Positions 7,948 through 17,280 of a stretch of 27,752 bases of DNA are shown in pieces (positions within the stretch are counted from its first letter, which is position 1; every line of letters starts with the position of its first letter). Below the pieces are notes generated by a model. That model saw only the letters and a program-made list of their open reading frames with translations. It did not search any database and was not told where the DNA came from. This DNA is from Candidatus Odinarchaeota archaeon. Lineage in GTDB: Archaea > Asgardarchaeota > Odinarchaeia > Odinarchaeales > Odinarchaeaceae. The stretch spans positions 2,692 to 30,443 of the forward strand of contig JAWBON010000007.1 of NCBI GenBank assembly GCA_038826135.1, written 5' to 3'. The translations under genes and the position numbers were made by a program.

Positions 7948-8448
7948 CTAGTTAACTGGTTCACCGTCCACGTTGATTTCACCGCGTCTGATTCTAGTTG
8001 AGGATATGGGTGTTTTATCATAGGCGAGTATCATGTCAACAATGACTATTTCAAGTGGTTTAAGACCTTTATTAATTCTAATCTGGTTGATTTCCATCGC
8101 GGTTTTAAGCGTTTGCTCAGTTACAACTAGGGCGTCTATGTTATTTTCAGACACAGCTGGGCCGTATTTATCATTTAACATGATAACTTCGAAGTCCGCT
8201 TTTTTGAACGATGTTTTTATAAATTTTAGAACCATTTTCTCTCTAACCTGGTATGTTTGAAGCCCCTCGGACCAGGGTTTATTCTTACAGAATTCATCGC
8301 TTGTTACCCCTATAATCACTTTCCCACCTAGTGAGAAGGCTTTGGTTAAAAGATGTTTATGACCTTTATGGAAGTGGTCGAACGTCCCCCCAACCGCTAC
8401 CACCCTGTATTTTTGTTGTTCAACAGAGCTATCGGACAACACGATCAA
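7948..8448 (-). CDS. coaD: Phosphopantetheine adenylyltransferase (archaeal/eukaryotic type)
   Basis: VAVGGTFDHFHKGHKHLL (HxGH), LNDKYGPA, LVVTEQT and ISSTRIRRGEI motifs. Confidence 0.9.
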   Translation of the reverse strand: MIVLSDSSVEQQKYRVVAVGGTFDHFHKGHKHLLTKAFSLGGKVIIGVTSDEFCKNKPWSEGLQTYQVREKMVLKFIKTSFKKADFEVIMLNDKYGPAVSENNIDALVVTEQTLKTAMEINQIRINKGLKPLEIVIVDMILAYDKTPISSTRIRRGEINVDGEPVN

Positions 8449-8520
8449 CCTTTAATATTTGACAACACTACTGGTTAAAAAAATATTTGCATTGTTGAAG
8501 AGGGGTGCTGAAAATAATGG

Positions 8521-8907
8521 TTAGAAGCTTTTACTTTTCTCCTCTTCAATCGTGTAAACAGCCTTGATATATGCTACTCCATCACAGTCTTTGCATTTAC
8601 CTATTTCTTTGAATATGTAATCTCCTTTCCTAAACTCTCTTATCTCAGAGTAGCCGCACTTATCGCATTTAATCACAGTCATAGTATTTACAGGTTTCAT
8701 TAAAGGCGGCACCGGTCTTACCCCGATATTAAATAATGTAGTTACAAATGAGAAGAGGAGGAATCCCATTATAATATAGAGGAAATTATTCAGGGTGATG
8801 CCTAGATACATAAGGTATGCCGCTCCAGCCGCTATACACACTCCTATTATTACCGCGATTATTCTTGATAGTTTTCCCGGTCCCTTCTTAGATTCTTCAC
8901 CACTCAT
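8521..8907 (-). CDS. Small membrane protein with C-terminal Zn-ribbon
   Basis: Two TM segments followed by CDKC...CKDC (REFRKGDYIFK between them). Tightly coupled to the upstream DUF1512 gene. ATG 8907 preferred. Confidence 0.7.
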   Translation of the reverse strand: MSGEESKKGPGKLSRIIAVIIGVCIAAGAAYLMYLGITLNNFLYIIMGFLLFSFVTTLFNIGVRPVPPLMKPVNTMTVIKCDKCGYSEIREFRKGDYIFKEIGKCKDCDGVAYIKAVYTIEEEKSKSF

Positions 8908-8908
8908 C

Positions 8909-10033
8909 TTATACACCGATCCCTATCGTGTTACCTATACCGGCGACTATAACGATATCGCCTGGTTTAGTCCGCTCGTTAATAGCTGATTTAACCCGGT
9001 TCACCACTTTTTCAACAGCTTCAGCTAATTCTTTTTTAAGCGAGGTTACAGCTTCCTCAATAGTTTCCTTCACGATTATAGCATCTAAAGGTATGTTGAA
9101 TGTTACACCAGTATCCTCCATTTTAAATTTCTCCACCCCCGGTCCACCGATCGCTGCTCCGACACCCTCCGCCACTTCACCTGATTTTTCACCTTCAAGC
9201 CTTAACGCTGCATCTATTGTTATAATCCGGGTCACCTTACCCCCATTCTCTTCAACTATTTTTTTAATAGCTTCACCAGGTTTCCCTACAGCTCCACCGG
9301 GCCCCTGCGCTCTGACAATGTAAAGTTTACGATCCTCATAGTCTAGTTCATAAACCATAGTGTCTTTAGTGTAGTTTAAAATCTCTTTCACAGGTTTACC
9401 AGCCTTCTTATATTCTTTAGCCAAGGATGTGGCGATGAACGGGCCTATCGAGTCACCAATCGGCTTACCCTCTGAGAAGGCGCGCAGCGCCTCAAAATAA
9501 GCGCTCGCTATTCTCATAATCTCCGATAATTGCATTTGTAACTGGATGATGAATATATAGCTTTTTGATTTTTTAGCTAAAAGATAATAGTGTCTAACAA
9601 CTTTAAATATGAAGTAAACAGCTTGCGCTGCTTCAAGAAGATTCTCAAGATTCTGTATTTCAGATTCCGGAGCGGTTGGTGCTAGTTGTCTAACCTGCAT
9701 TTCAAACCGGCTGTCTCTTATATCTAAAATATGCTCAAGCCTTTTCAATACACCCGCTGGATCTTTATCCACCGGTTCTATAGTGAAGAATTCCAGGAAA
9801 TTATTTACGGCATTAGTTGGATCAATATCACATTTACAAACCTCTTTTATAGTGTTAACAGTTATAGACTTACCTTTAGAAGAGTACAGTTCTAGCTTAG
9901 CTAGCGCCCCCTCTATCTGCTTACTCATAGCCCAGATCTGAATTCTCTGAGCAAATATTATGTATATGAAGAAGAAAACGTATATTAATATAGAAAATAT
10001 AGAGTTAATATCACTTCCAAAGTCAAATTGCAT
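8909..10033 (-). CDS. DUF1512 family protein (N-terminal TM)
   Basis: Recognised from IGDSIGP, ITIDAALRLEGE, GVGAAIGGPGVEKFKME and GIGNTIGIG. ATG 10033 follows a GAGGTG SD-like motif; the ORF-track extension to 10153 is unlikely to be real. Confidence 0.8.
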   Translation of the reverse strand: MQFDFGSDINSIFSILIYVFFFIYIIFAQRIQIWAMSKQIEGALAKLELYSSKGKSITVNTIKEVCKCDIDPTNAVNNFLEFFTIEPVDKDPAGVLKRLEHILDIRDSRFEMQVRQLAPTAPESEIQNLENLLEAAQAVYFIFKVVRHYYLLAKKSKSYIFIIQLQMQLSEIMRIASAYFEALRAFSEGKPIGDSIGPFIATSLAKEYKKAGKPVKEILNYTKDTMVYELDYEDRKLYIVRAQGPGGAVGKPGEAIKKIVEENGGKVTRIITIDAALRLEGEKSGEVAEGVGAAIGGPGVEKFKMEDTGVTFNIPLDAIIVKETIEEAVTSLKKELAEAVEKVVNRVKSAINERTKPGDIVIVAGIGNTIGIGV

Positions 10034-10419
10034 TAAATTTACACCTCGAACGAGAAGCAGTGGCAGCGTACTCCACTTAATTCTAGAGCATTTAACATAA
10101 AAAGAGATATAAGACATTTTAATAAATCTTTCGCATGGTAATCTACCATGCAACTATGAAATTAAGCTATGAGGCTGCGGACATAATTAAAAATAATTTA
10201 TAGATTAATATCGACTATACTCTGAAAATTTGAAGCATCAATTATTTTTCTCACAAAATCATATATCTTTTTTAAGGAGAGCAATAACTGCTTTAACAGT
10301 CACTATAACAAAATATATTAGATTCTTTAACACTAAAAAATTATCGCGTTAACAATATATTTTTTACATCAACCTAGTAAAACTGATTTAATAATATTAG
10401 GGGCTAAAATTACTGGAAA

Positions 10420-11970
10420 GTGGTTGAGTTGACTGCGGATAAAATTCGCTTCACAGAGTTGGAGTTTGATATACTCCGAATAATAGAGAAACATAACGGT
10501 GTATGCGAGTTAAAAAATGTAGCCGGGGAGCTTCGAAAAAGTTACGTGGAAATATTGAGAGCCGCACAAGAGTTATCTGATAAAGGGTTTTTAACCGTGG
10601 AGACTTCTTCTCAGAAGGTTATAAGACTTCTACCATCTGGGATGAGAGCTGTTGACGAAGGATTACCTGAAAGAATAGCTGTTGAAAAGATCTATAATCA
10701 AGGGGGGTTAGTTGATTTAACTAGTTTACCAAAATTGTTGAATACCTCGGAGGATGAGTTTAAAATAATCCTAGGGTGGCTTAGAACTAAAAACTGGATT
10801 AAACTAGTTAAAAAAGACGGTTCGATAAAAGTATCTGTTGATAAAATACCTGAAACAGGCGCCGATGAGCTTCTTCTAAAACATATACGGAATAGTGGGG
10901 AAGTGAATTTCGAACAGTTAAATGATGAATTTAAAAAGGCTTTAGAAGAGTTAAAAAGAAGAAAGGAGCTTCTTGAAGTTTCACCTGTAACATACAGATA
11001 TCTAAAATTAACCAGCATGGGCAGGGAGGCGTTGCTAAGGGGGGTTGAAGTTAAGCAGGAAATATCCCAGCTCACCTCCGAGCTTATAAAATCAGGAAGA
11101 TGGAGAGATACAGTATTTAAAAAATTTGAGATAGCTTCACCGGTTAGTAGAGTTTACCCAGGTAAGCTACATCCCATCACCGCGCTGATAGAGGAGATAA
11201 GAGAGATATTTTTAGAATTCGGATTTGAAGAGATAGAGAGTCCGCTGGTTGAAAACACTTTTTGGAATTTTGACGTTTTATTTGTTCCACAAGATCATCC
11301 TGCAAGAGACGCTTGGGATACATTTTATCTTAAGAAGCCTTCTAGGGGGGTTTTATCTAATGATAAAATTGTTTCAAACGTTAAAGCAACTCATGAAAAC
11401 GGTTGGGTTACAGGCTCTAAGGGTTGGGGTTATACATGGGATCGAAGTGAAGGGGAGAAACTGATTCTTAGAACACATACAACAGCCGCCACAATAAGAT
11501 ATGCAGCTCAACACCCTCATCCTCCTAAAAAAGTATTCTGCATAGATAAAGTGTACAGGAATGAAAGAACAGATTACAGGCATCTGGCAGAGTTCATGCA
11601 GATTGAAGGCATCATCATTGACGATAACGCTTCTCTAAGAGAATTATTCGGCTTCCTAGAGGATTTTTATAAGAGACTTGGGTTTCCGAAAATCAGGTTT
11701 AGACCAGGATACTTCCCGTTCACGGAGCCCAGTGTTGAAGTAGACCTATACTCGGATAAATTAAGCCGCTGGATAGAAATGGTTGGAGCGGGGATATTCA
11801 GACCGGAGGTAACTGAGCCTTTAGGGGTTAAAGCCCCTGTATTAGCTTGGGGGATGGGATTCGAGCGCTTAGCTATGATCAGACTCGGCCTTAACGATGT
11901 AAGGTTATTGTACCGTAATGACATAAACTGGTTGAGGAATGTACCAATCCTGATAAAGAAGGGGGTTTAA
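10420..11970 (+). CDS. pheS: Phenylalanine--tRNA ligase alpha subunit
   Basis: HPARDAWDTFYL, LRTHTT, DKVYRNE...HLAEFMQIEG, GYFPFTEPS and AWGMGFERLAM, plus the long archaeal/eukaryotic N-terminal extension. Confidence 0.97.
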   Translation: MVELTADKIRFTELEFDILRIIEKHNGVCELKNVAGELRKSYVEILRAAQELSDKGFLTVETSSQKVIRLLPSGMRAVDEGLPERIAVEKIYNQGGLVDLTSLPKLLNTSEDEFKIILGWLRTKNWIKLVKKDGSIKVSVDKIPETGADELLLKHIRNSGEVNFEQLNDEFKKALEELKRRKELLEVSPVTYRYLKLTSMGREALLRGVEVKQEISQLTSELIKSGRWRDTVFKKFEIASPVSRVYPGKLHPITALIEEIREIFLEFGFEEIESPLVENTFWNFDVLFVPQDHPARDAWDTFYLKKPSRGVLSNDKIVSNVKATHENGWVTGSKGWGYTWDRSEGEKLILRTHTTAATIRYAAQHPHPPKKVFCIDKVYRNERTDYRHLAEFMQIEGIIIDDNASLRELFGFLEDFYKRLGFPKIRFRPGYFPFTEPSVEVDLYSDKLSRWIEMVGAGIFRPEVTEPLGVKAPVLAWGMGFERLAMIRLGLNDVRLLYRNDINWLRNVPILIKKGV

Positions 11971-13665
11971 ATGCCTTCAATAGAGTTGGAAGTTGAAGAG
12001 TTGAATAATCTCATAGGGTTAAACCTGTCAGTAGAGGATTTGAAGAAAAATCTGAGTCAAATAGCCCTTGATGTTGAAAGCGGGGATAACGGAGTCATAA
12101 AAGCAGAGTATAATCCTAACAGACCTGACTACTGTACTGTGGAAGGCGTGGTAAGACAGCTTAAAGGCAGACTTGGTGTTGATACAGGGCTAGCGGAGTT
12201 TAAAGTGGAAAGAGGCTCGGTCACTCTCACGGTGGATGAGAGTGTAGCGGAGGTAAGACCGTTCATAGTCTGCGGTATAGCTAGAAATGTGGATTTAGAT
12301 CATAAAAAAATTCAGAGATTAATGAAAGTTCAAGAGGATCTCCATAGACTGGTTGGACGAAACCGCCTTAAAGCAGCGATAGGTGTTCACGACTTGGATA
12401 AAGTAAATCCTCCATTCAAATACCTAGGTGTTAAACCTGAAAGCATAAAGTTTACACCGCTGGGTGAAAAATTTGATATGAATTTGAAAGAAATACTTGA
12501 GAAACATCCTAAAGGAGTTGAATACGCTCACCTAGTAAATAAGTATGAAAGATACCCTGTGATTATCGACAAGAATAGGGAGGTCCTATCCTTCCCACCG
12601 ATTATAAACGGTGTTTTAACCCAGATCACTGAGGAAACACGTAACCTGTTTTTAGATATAACAGGCTATAACATGTCAAATATTAGAATGGCGCTTAACA
12701 TTTTAAGCACTTCACTTCATGATTCAGGCGCAATCTTGGAAACTGTTAATGTTAAATACTCTGATAAAACTCTTGCAACACCTGATCTTAAACCTGAAAT
12801 CATGATCCTTAATAAGGGGAAAGCTGTTAAAACCCTCGGCTTAAACTTGACAGATGATGAATTAATAAATTGTTTTAGCAGAGTGAGGTTCAAAGCTGAA
12901 AAAACAGTAGTAAAGAAAGATGAAGCTTTTAAAATATATGTTCCCCCGTACAGATTCGACATATTACATGAAATAGATCTTGTGGAGGAGATAGCTGTCG
13001 GATACGGATACGATAAGATTAAACCATTATACCGGTATTCTCCGACCGCTGGATCATACTCCGAGAAGACTAAGAGAATAAACCAGTTAAGAAGAATATT
13101 AATAGGATTACAATTACTGGAGGTTGTTACCACCTCTCTTACTAATGAAGAAAACCAGTTTAGAAAAATGCGTTTCGAAGAGGAGCACGTTCAGTTACTG
13201 AATCCTGTAAGCGGTGAATTCACAATTTTCAGAACTATGATAACACCCAGCCTTCTAAAAGTATTCAGTGAAAATAAACATGTAACCATGCCTCAACAAA
13301 TATTTGAGATAGGGGATGTGCTTAAGATCGATGAGAGAAATAAGGAGACGAAAACTAGAAGAGAGGTTAATATCGCTTTTGCAGTAATGGATGACACGGC
13401 TAATTACACAACTGTAAAGACTTTAAACGAAGCCTTCACGAGGGAGTTAGGGTTCAAAAACATTGATTACAGGGAAGTTGAAAAACCATTCATATTAGAA
13501 GGGAGAGGTTCAAAAGTAATCATTAACGGTGTGGAAGTGGGATTAATAGGGGAAATACATCCACAGGTTCTCAACAATTTTGAAATAGAGTACCCTGTAT
13601 GCGCGGGTGAATTCTCATTATCTAGTATAGAGGAAGCTCTTAAATCAATGCAAACCATCATTTAA
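11971..13665 (+). CDS. pheT: Phenylalanine--tRNA ligase beta subunit
   Basis: NPNRPD, QEDLH...GRNR...AIGVHDLD, SFPPIING, PPYRFDILHEIDLVEEIAVGYGY and GEIHP; abuts pheS. Confidence 0.97.
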   Translation: MPSIELEVEELNNLIGLNLSVEDLKKNLSQIALDVESGDNGVIKAEYNPNRPDYCTVEGVVRQLKGRLGVDTGLAEFKVERGSVTLTVDESVAEVRPFIVCGIARNVDLDHKKIQRLMKVQEDLHRLVGRNRLKAAIGVHDLDKVNPPFKYLGVKPESIKFTPLGEKFDMNLKEILEKHPKGVEYAHLVNKYERYPVIIDKNREVLSFPPIINGVLTQITEETRNLFLDITGYNMSNIRMALNILSTSLHDSGAILETVNVKYSDKTLATPDLKPEIMILNKGKAVKTLGLNLTDDELINCFSRVRFKAEKTVVKKDEAFKIYVPPYRFDILHEIDLVEEIAVGYGYDKIKPLYRYSPTAGSYSEKTKRINQLRRILIGLQLLEVVTTSLTNEENQFRKMRFEEEHVQLLNPVSGEFTIFRTMITPSLLKVFSENKHVTMPQQIFEIGDVLKIDERNKETKTRREVNIAFAVMDDTANYTTVKTLNEAFTRELGFKNIDYREVEKPFILEGRGSKVIINGVEVGLIGEIHPQVLNNFEIEYPVCAGEFSLSSIEEALKSMQTII

Positions 13666-13692
13666 AACACTAAAGATGTTATCAGATTTTTG

Positions 13693-13724
13693 TAAACATA
13701 ATTCTTTTATTCGAATTATGTTTA
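13693..13724. repeat. Perfect 12-bp inverted repeat (terminator hairpin or operator)
   Basis: TAAACATAATTC (13693-13704), 8-nt spacer, GAATTATGTTTA (13713-13724). Confidence 0.6.
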
Positions 13725-13742
13725 AACTAGATTAGCGATGAT

Positions 13743-14012
13743 GGAATAGCCTTTCTTCGAGGGCTGGCGGATATAATATGAAGCCTAGAGCAAGAGAAAG
13801 GCCACACTGGAGCTGGGGGTTGAGTGAACGCAATGATAGGCCCTTAGCCGATCTAAGGTGGTTCACCTAATAAATGAGGCGGGGTTAACCCAGGTGCGGT
13901 ACATCAACCCCGCGCGTCAGTTAACCCCGACATAGAGAACTTAGCTGAGGGGGGCGCAACACCCGTCTATGATGCTAAGCGTTAATGGCGGGGGACATGA
14001 CGCGCCTATTTC
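13743..14012 (+). ncRNA. Unassigned ~270-nt structured RNA
   Basis: GC-rich island in an AT-rich intergenic region with no ORF. Terminal helix GGAAUAG/CUAUUUC, at least seven internal 6-10 bp helices, upstream TTTAAA at 13721-13726 and downstream T-rich sequence. Strand inferred from G-richness and promoter position. Confidence 0.65.
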
Positions 14013-14067
14013 ACATTTAAATTATTCAACTAGATTCTAGCACTTATAAACGGGGTTAAAAGCGTTT

Positions 14068-14910
14068 ATGACACGGATTTTTAACATGTTAAAGACACGG
14101 TTGGCAGGGCGTCTCCCCTCAAATATTATTGAACAGCTACCGCGCGGGTATCAGAAAATAGGGGACATTATGATAATATCTATTAAACCTGAGGTTCTAC
14201 CCTATCGTGAAATCATAGCTTCAGAGCTCACCAGAATAATTCCGAATACTAGAACAGTCCTCCTTAAAAAAGGAGGTGTAACCGGTGATTTCAGAGAACC
14301 GAATTTAGAGTTAATCATAGGCGACAGTAATACGGAAACTATTCATGTTGAAAATAATTGTTTTTTTAAACTTGATGTGAAGAATATAATGTTTTCTAAA
14401 GGAAACATTTCTGAAAGACGCAGGATAGCGAAACTTGTCAGAGATGGTGAAACAGTAGTTGACATGTTTGCTGGCATAGGCTATTTTTCAATAAACATAG
14501 CCAAGCACGCTAAACCGAGAAAAATAATTGCAATAGAACTTAATCCGTTAGCGTATAAGTATCTTTTAGATAATATAGTGTTGAATAAGGTTGAAAATAT
14601 AATAGAACCGATTCAGGGCGACGCTGGTGAAGTATGCGATAGTCTGCCGTTCACGGCGGATAGAGTGATAATGGGGCTTTTACCCTCGCCTAAAAAATAT
14701 GCGAAGACTGCTGTAAAAATTTTAAGAAGACCAGGAATTGTGCATTATGAAGGTGTATGCCAGTCTAATAGTCAAGGTGAAGAGCTTCTAGACGAGTTTA
14801 TAATTTCATCTGAATTGTCTAAAGAAAACGTGAAGCTGATCGGATGTAAAAATATAAAATCATTCGGTCCTCATAAAAACCATGTAAGAATAGATGTACA
14901 GGTAGAGTGA
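14068..14910 (+). CDS. taw2: Taw2/TYW2-like tRNA aminocarboxypropyltransferase (Trm5/Met-10+ superfamily)
   Basis: PRGYQKIGDI, MFSKGNISERRRI, VVDMFAGIGYFS and ADRVIMG. The 280-aa length without the Trm5b N-terminal domain and the C-terminal KSFGPHKNHVRID favour Taw2, but Trm5 is not excluded. Confidence 0.65.
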   Translation: MTRIFNMLKTRLAGRLPSNIIEQLPRGYQKIGDIMIISIKPEVLPYREIIASELTRIIPNTRTVLLKKGGVTGDFREPNLELIIGDSNTETIHVENNCFFKLDVKNIMFSKGNISERRRIAKLVRDGETVVDMFAGIGYFSINIAKHAKPRKIIAIELNPLAYKYLLDNIVLNKVENIIEPIQGDAGEVCDSLPFTADRVIMGLLPSPKKYAKTAVKILRRPGIVHYEGVCQSNSQGEELLDEFIISSELSKENVKLIGCKNIKSFGPHKNHVRIDVQVE

Positions 14911-16097
14911 TCATGTTCACTTTAAACCAGTATCCTCATTTAAAACCTGATATTAACGGGGGTCTTCTAATCGAAAATATTAGTTACAGAGATATTGTAG
15001 AAGAATTTGGAACCCCTGTTTATATTTACTCATCTAGAAGAATACGTGAAAATTGTGAAACAATTAGGAGAGTCTTCGACACAGCCTTTAGAAATAAAAT
15101 TTTCTATTCGTATAAAACAAACGCTAACCCGCAGATATGCAGGATAATTCATGAAAACGGTATTGGAGCTGAAGTCATATCTGGATCAGAGTTGGAGGCA
15201 GCTGTCAGAAACAAGGTTGAACCGGATATGATCATCTTCGACGGCCCGTATAAGCCTTTAAACACGGTTCGAAAAGCTGTGGAATACGGTGTGAGATTAA
15301 TAAACGCTGACAGTTTAGATGAGCTTAAATTAATAGATAGTGTTGCTGGGGAGATGGGGGTTATGCAAAAAGTGGGTTTAACTTTAAACCCGGATTCTGA
15401 TTCGAAAATAGGGATTGACTTAGATACTAGCGTTAAGAAACTCGGAGAATATGTTAAAAAACTAGTTAACATTAAACTATCAGCTCTCCACTGTCATATA
15501 AGAACTCAAAACTCTAATTTAGACAGTTATCTGGAAACGTTGAAGCATATGAGTGAATTATCGAAAAAGATAAGCGCGGAAACAGGGTGTGAAATAAGCG
15601 TTTTTGATTTAGGAGGGGGATTACCGGAGGCCGCGATTATCGGTAAAAAAATAAATTATCTATCCACCTGTATAAGAGAACATGAGCAGTATTTAGATGA
15701 ATGCGATGAACTTTACTTTGAACCAGGACGCTTCATAGTAGGCGATTCAGCGGTTTTATTAACTAAAATCCTAAATATTAAAAACATAAGAGATAGAAAA
15801 TGGATAATCGTAGACGCTGGGTCGAATATAATTTCGCCTTTAAGTAAAGCGAACTACCGGTTTACAATAGCTAATAGATTATTAGACGATTATTCTGAAA
15901 AGTATTCAATAGGGGGACCGCTCCCCGCCTCATTTGATGTTTTGAATAGAAGTTACTGTCTGCCTGAGAGAATAGATGTTGGAGATTACGTGGCGATACT
16001 TAACGCAGGGGCTTATTGCAGCTCTTTCGCGATACGTTTTGAGGAGAGGAATTCCACAAGCATTTTAGTAGAGGATGGGGGTGTTACTAGAATTTAG
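14907..16097 (+). CDS. PLP-dependent group IV (LysA/ornithine decarboxylase-like) decarboxylase, atypical active site
   Basis: FGTPVYIYS, PLP lysine in FYSYKTN, DLGGGL, FEPGRFIVG, VDAG and GAYC. The usual GPxCxxxD reads GPLPASFD. Confidence 0.85.
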   Translation: MIMFTLNQYPHLKPDINGGLLIENISYRDIVEEFGTPVYIYSSRRIRENCETIRRVFDTAFRNKIFYSYKTNANPQICRIIHENGIGAEVISGSELEAAVRNKVEPDMIIFDGPYKPLNTVRKAVEYGVRLINADSLDELKLIDSVAGEMGVMQKVGLTLNPDSDSKIGIDLDTSVKKLGEYVKKLVNIKLSALHCHIRTQNSNLDSYLETLKHMSELSKKISAETGCEISVFDLGGGLPEAAIIGKKINYLSTCIREHEQYLDECDELYFEPGRFIVGDSAVLLTKILNIKNIRDRKWIIVDAGSNIISPLSKANYRFTIANRLLDDYSEKYSIGGPLPASFDVLNRSYCLPERIDVGDYVAILNAGAYCSSFAIRFEERNSTSILVEDGGVTRI

Positions 16098-17172
16098 CTG
16101 TTGCAGTTTTTAACCGATCCAAGTATTCAGGGTGCTGCTTAAAATATTCTCTACACGGTTGAAGCATGTCAGCCAAGTATTTTGCTGTAGCCTTCTTCAA
16201 ATCTAATGGGTGAATACGCCCATCTCCATATAATTTCTCTAATTCTGAAAAACTATATAGCTCTATACTGCCTCCAAACTTCGAAGGCCTTTCTATTAGA
16301 AATTTAAAACTCTGGCCTCTAAATATTATATTCTTTAATATATCTAAGACCGGGTTTAATTTAACCTGTTTTTCAGGGCAATAAGCACCTAATATTTTAT
16401 TCATTATCACTTCAGGCGGGTCATGAACGTATATACATGTTTCAGGATGGCTCTTACTCATCTTAGAGGCTATCTGAAGATTTAACTCCTCCTCCTCGTC
16501 GAAGCCTCCCATTTTAGTGGGCCCTTTTAAACCCATTAACATATGATGGTGGACACAAACCGGTTTAGGCCAGCCAAACCTCTCAGCAACCTCTCTAGCT
16601 AACATATTCGCTTTCCGCTGATCTATCCCCAACTGGCAAATATCCACACCTAATTGGAAGATGTCGGATACTTGCATTGCAGGATAAAGGAATTGAGCGG
16701 AGGATTGTAATTCACCCTCAGTTCTACCCATGATCGTTAAAGCTCTCGTCATTCTCTTAAGAGTGGTATTCTTCATAACTAACACCACCTTCTTCCAGTA
16801 ATCGGGATCCTTAACAAGCTCACTCGCCCATATAACCTCCACTTTTGAAGTGTCAACACCAAGCGACTCCCAAACTTTAATAATATATTTCCCTACCTCC
16901 TGGATTAAATTTAAATCACCCCCCATCTTCTCATTTATCCAAGCATGCCAGTCCGCTATTAGAAGTTTAAATTTTATACCAGCCTTTAACAGATCCGCGA
17001 TCTTTAAAGCTCGCATCAGACCGGAGGCGATGTGAGCTAGACCGGAGGGCTCGAAACCATCATAGGCAATAGGGGTTGTTTTAGTCTCTAAAATCTCCTC
17101 TAACTCTCGTATCGTAATTATCTCTTCAACTGGGGGGCGTGTGATCAAATCTATTCTACTCTGAACGTCCAT
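16087..17172 (-). CDS. tyrS: Tyrosine--tRNA ligase (archaeal/eukaryotic type)
   Basis: AYDGFEPSGLAHIA, IADWHAWIN, YPAMQVSDI, GIDQRK, KMSKS and IHPLDLK. Confidence 0.96.
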   Translation of the reverse strand: MDVQSRIDLITRPPVEEIITIRELEEILETKTTPIAYDGFEPSGLAHIASGLMRALKIADLLKAGIKFKLLIADWHAWINEKMGGDLNLIQEVGKYIIKVWESLGVDTSKVEVIWASELVKDPDYWKKVVLVMKNTTLKRMTRALTIMGRTEGELQSSAQFLYPAMQVSDIFQLGVDICQLGIDQRKANMLAREVAERFGWPKPVCVHHHMLMGLKGPTKMGGFDEEEELNLQIASKMSKSHPETCIYVHDPPEVIMNKILGAYCPEKQVKLNPVLDILKNIIFRGQSFKFLIERPSKFGGSIELYSFSELEKLYGDGRIHPLDLKKATAKYLADMLQPCREYFKQHPEYLDRLKTATAKF

Positions 17173-17280
17173 AATCCACCACTACCATGTATTCTAAATG
17201 TTATGAAATAGGATATAAGATTTTATTGATTTTTAAATATTAGATAATCATATTATCTTCATGATTGCTTAAAAGCGAAA

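Noticed and set aside
10034-10419. Hidden gene or sRNA in the DUF1512-pheS intergenic region
   Set aside because: AT-rich divergent promoter region with only very short ORFs and no convincing C/D boxes or stable helices.
13743-14012. Calling this RNase P RNA, SRP RNA, tmRNA, a group I intron or a fluoride/cobalamin/TPP riboswitch
   Set aside because: Diagnostic motifs are absent or only fragmentary on both strands, and I found no terminal BHB supporting a permuted gene. Left unassigned.
14908-14925. Selenocysteine/readthrough fusion of taw2 into the decarboxylase at TGA
   Set aside because: The taw2 frame hits TAA after four more codons, and the decarboxylase is in another frame.
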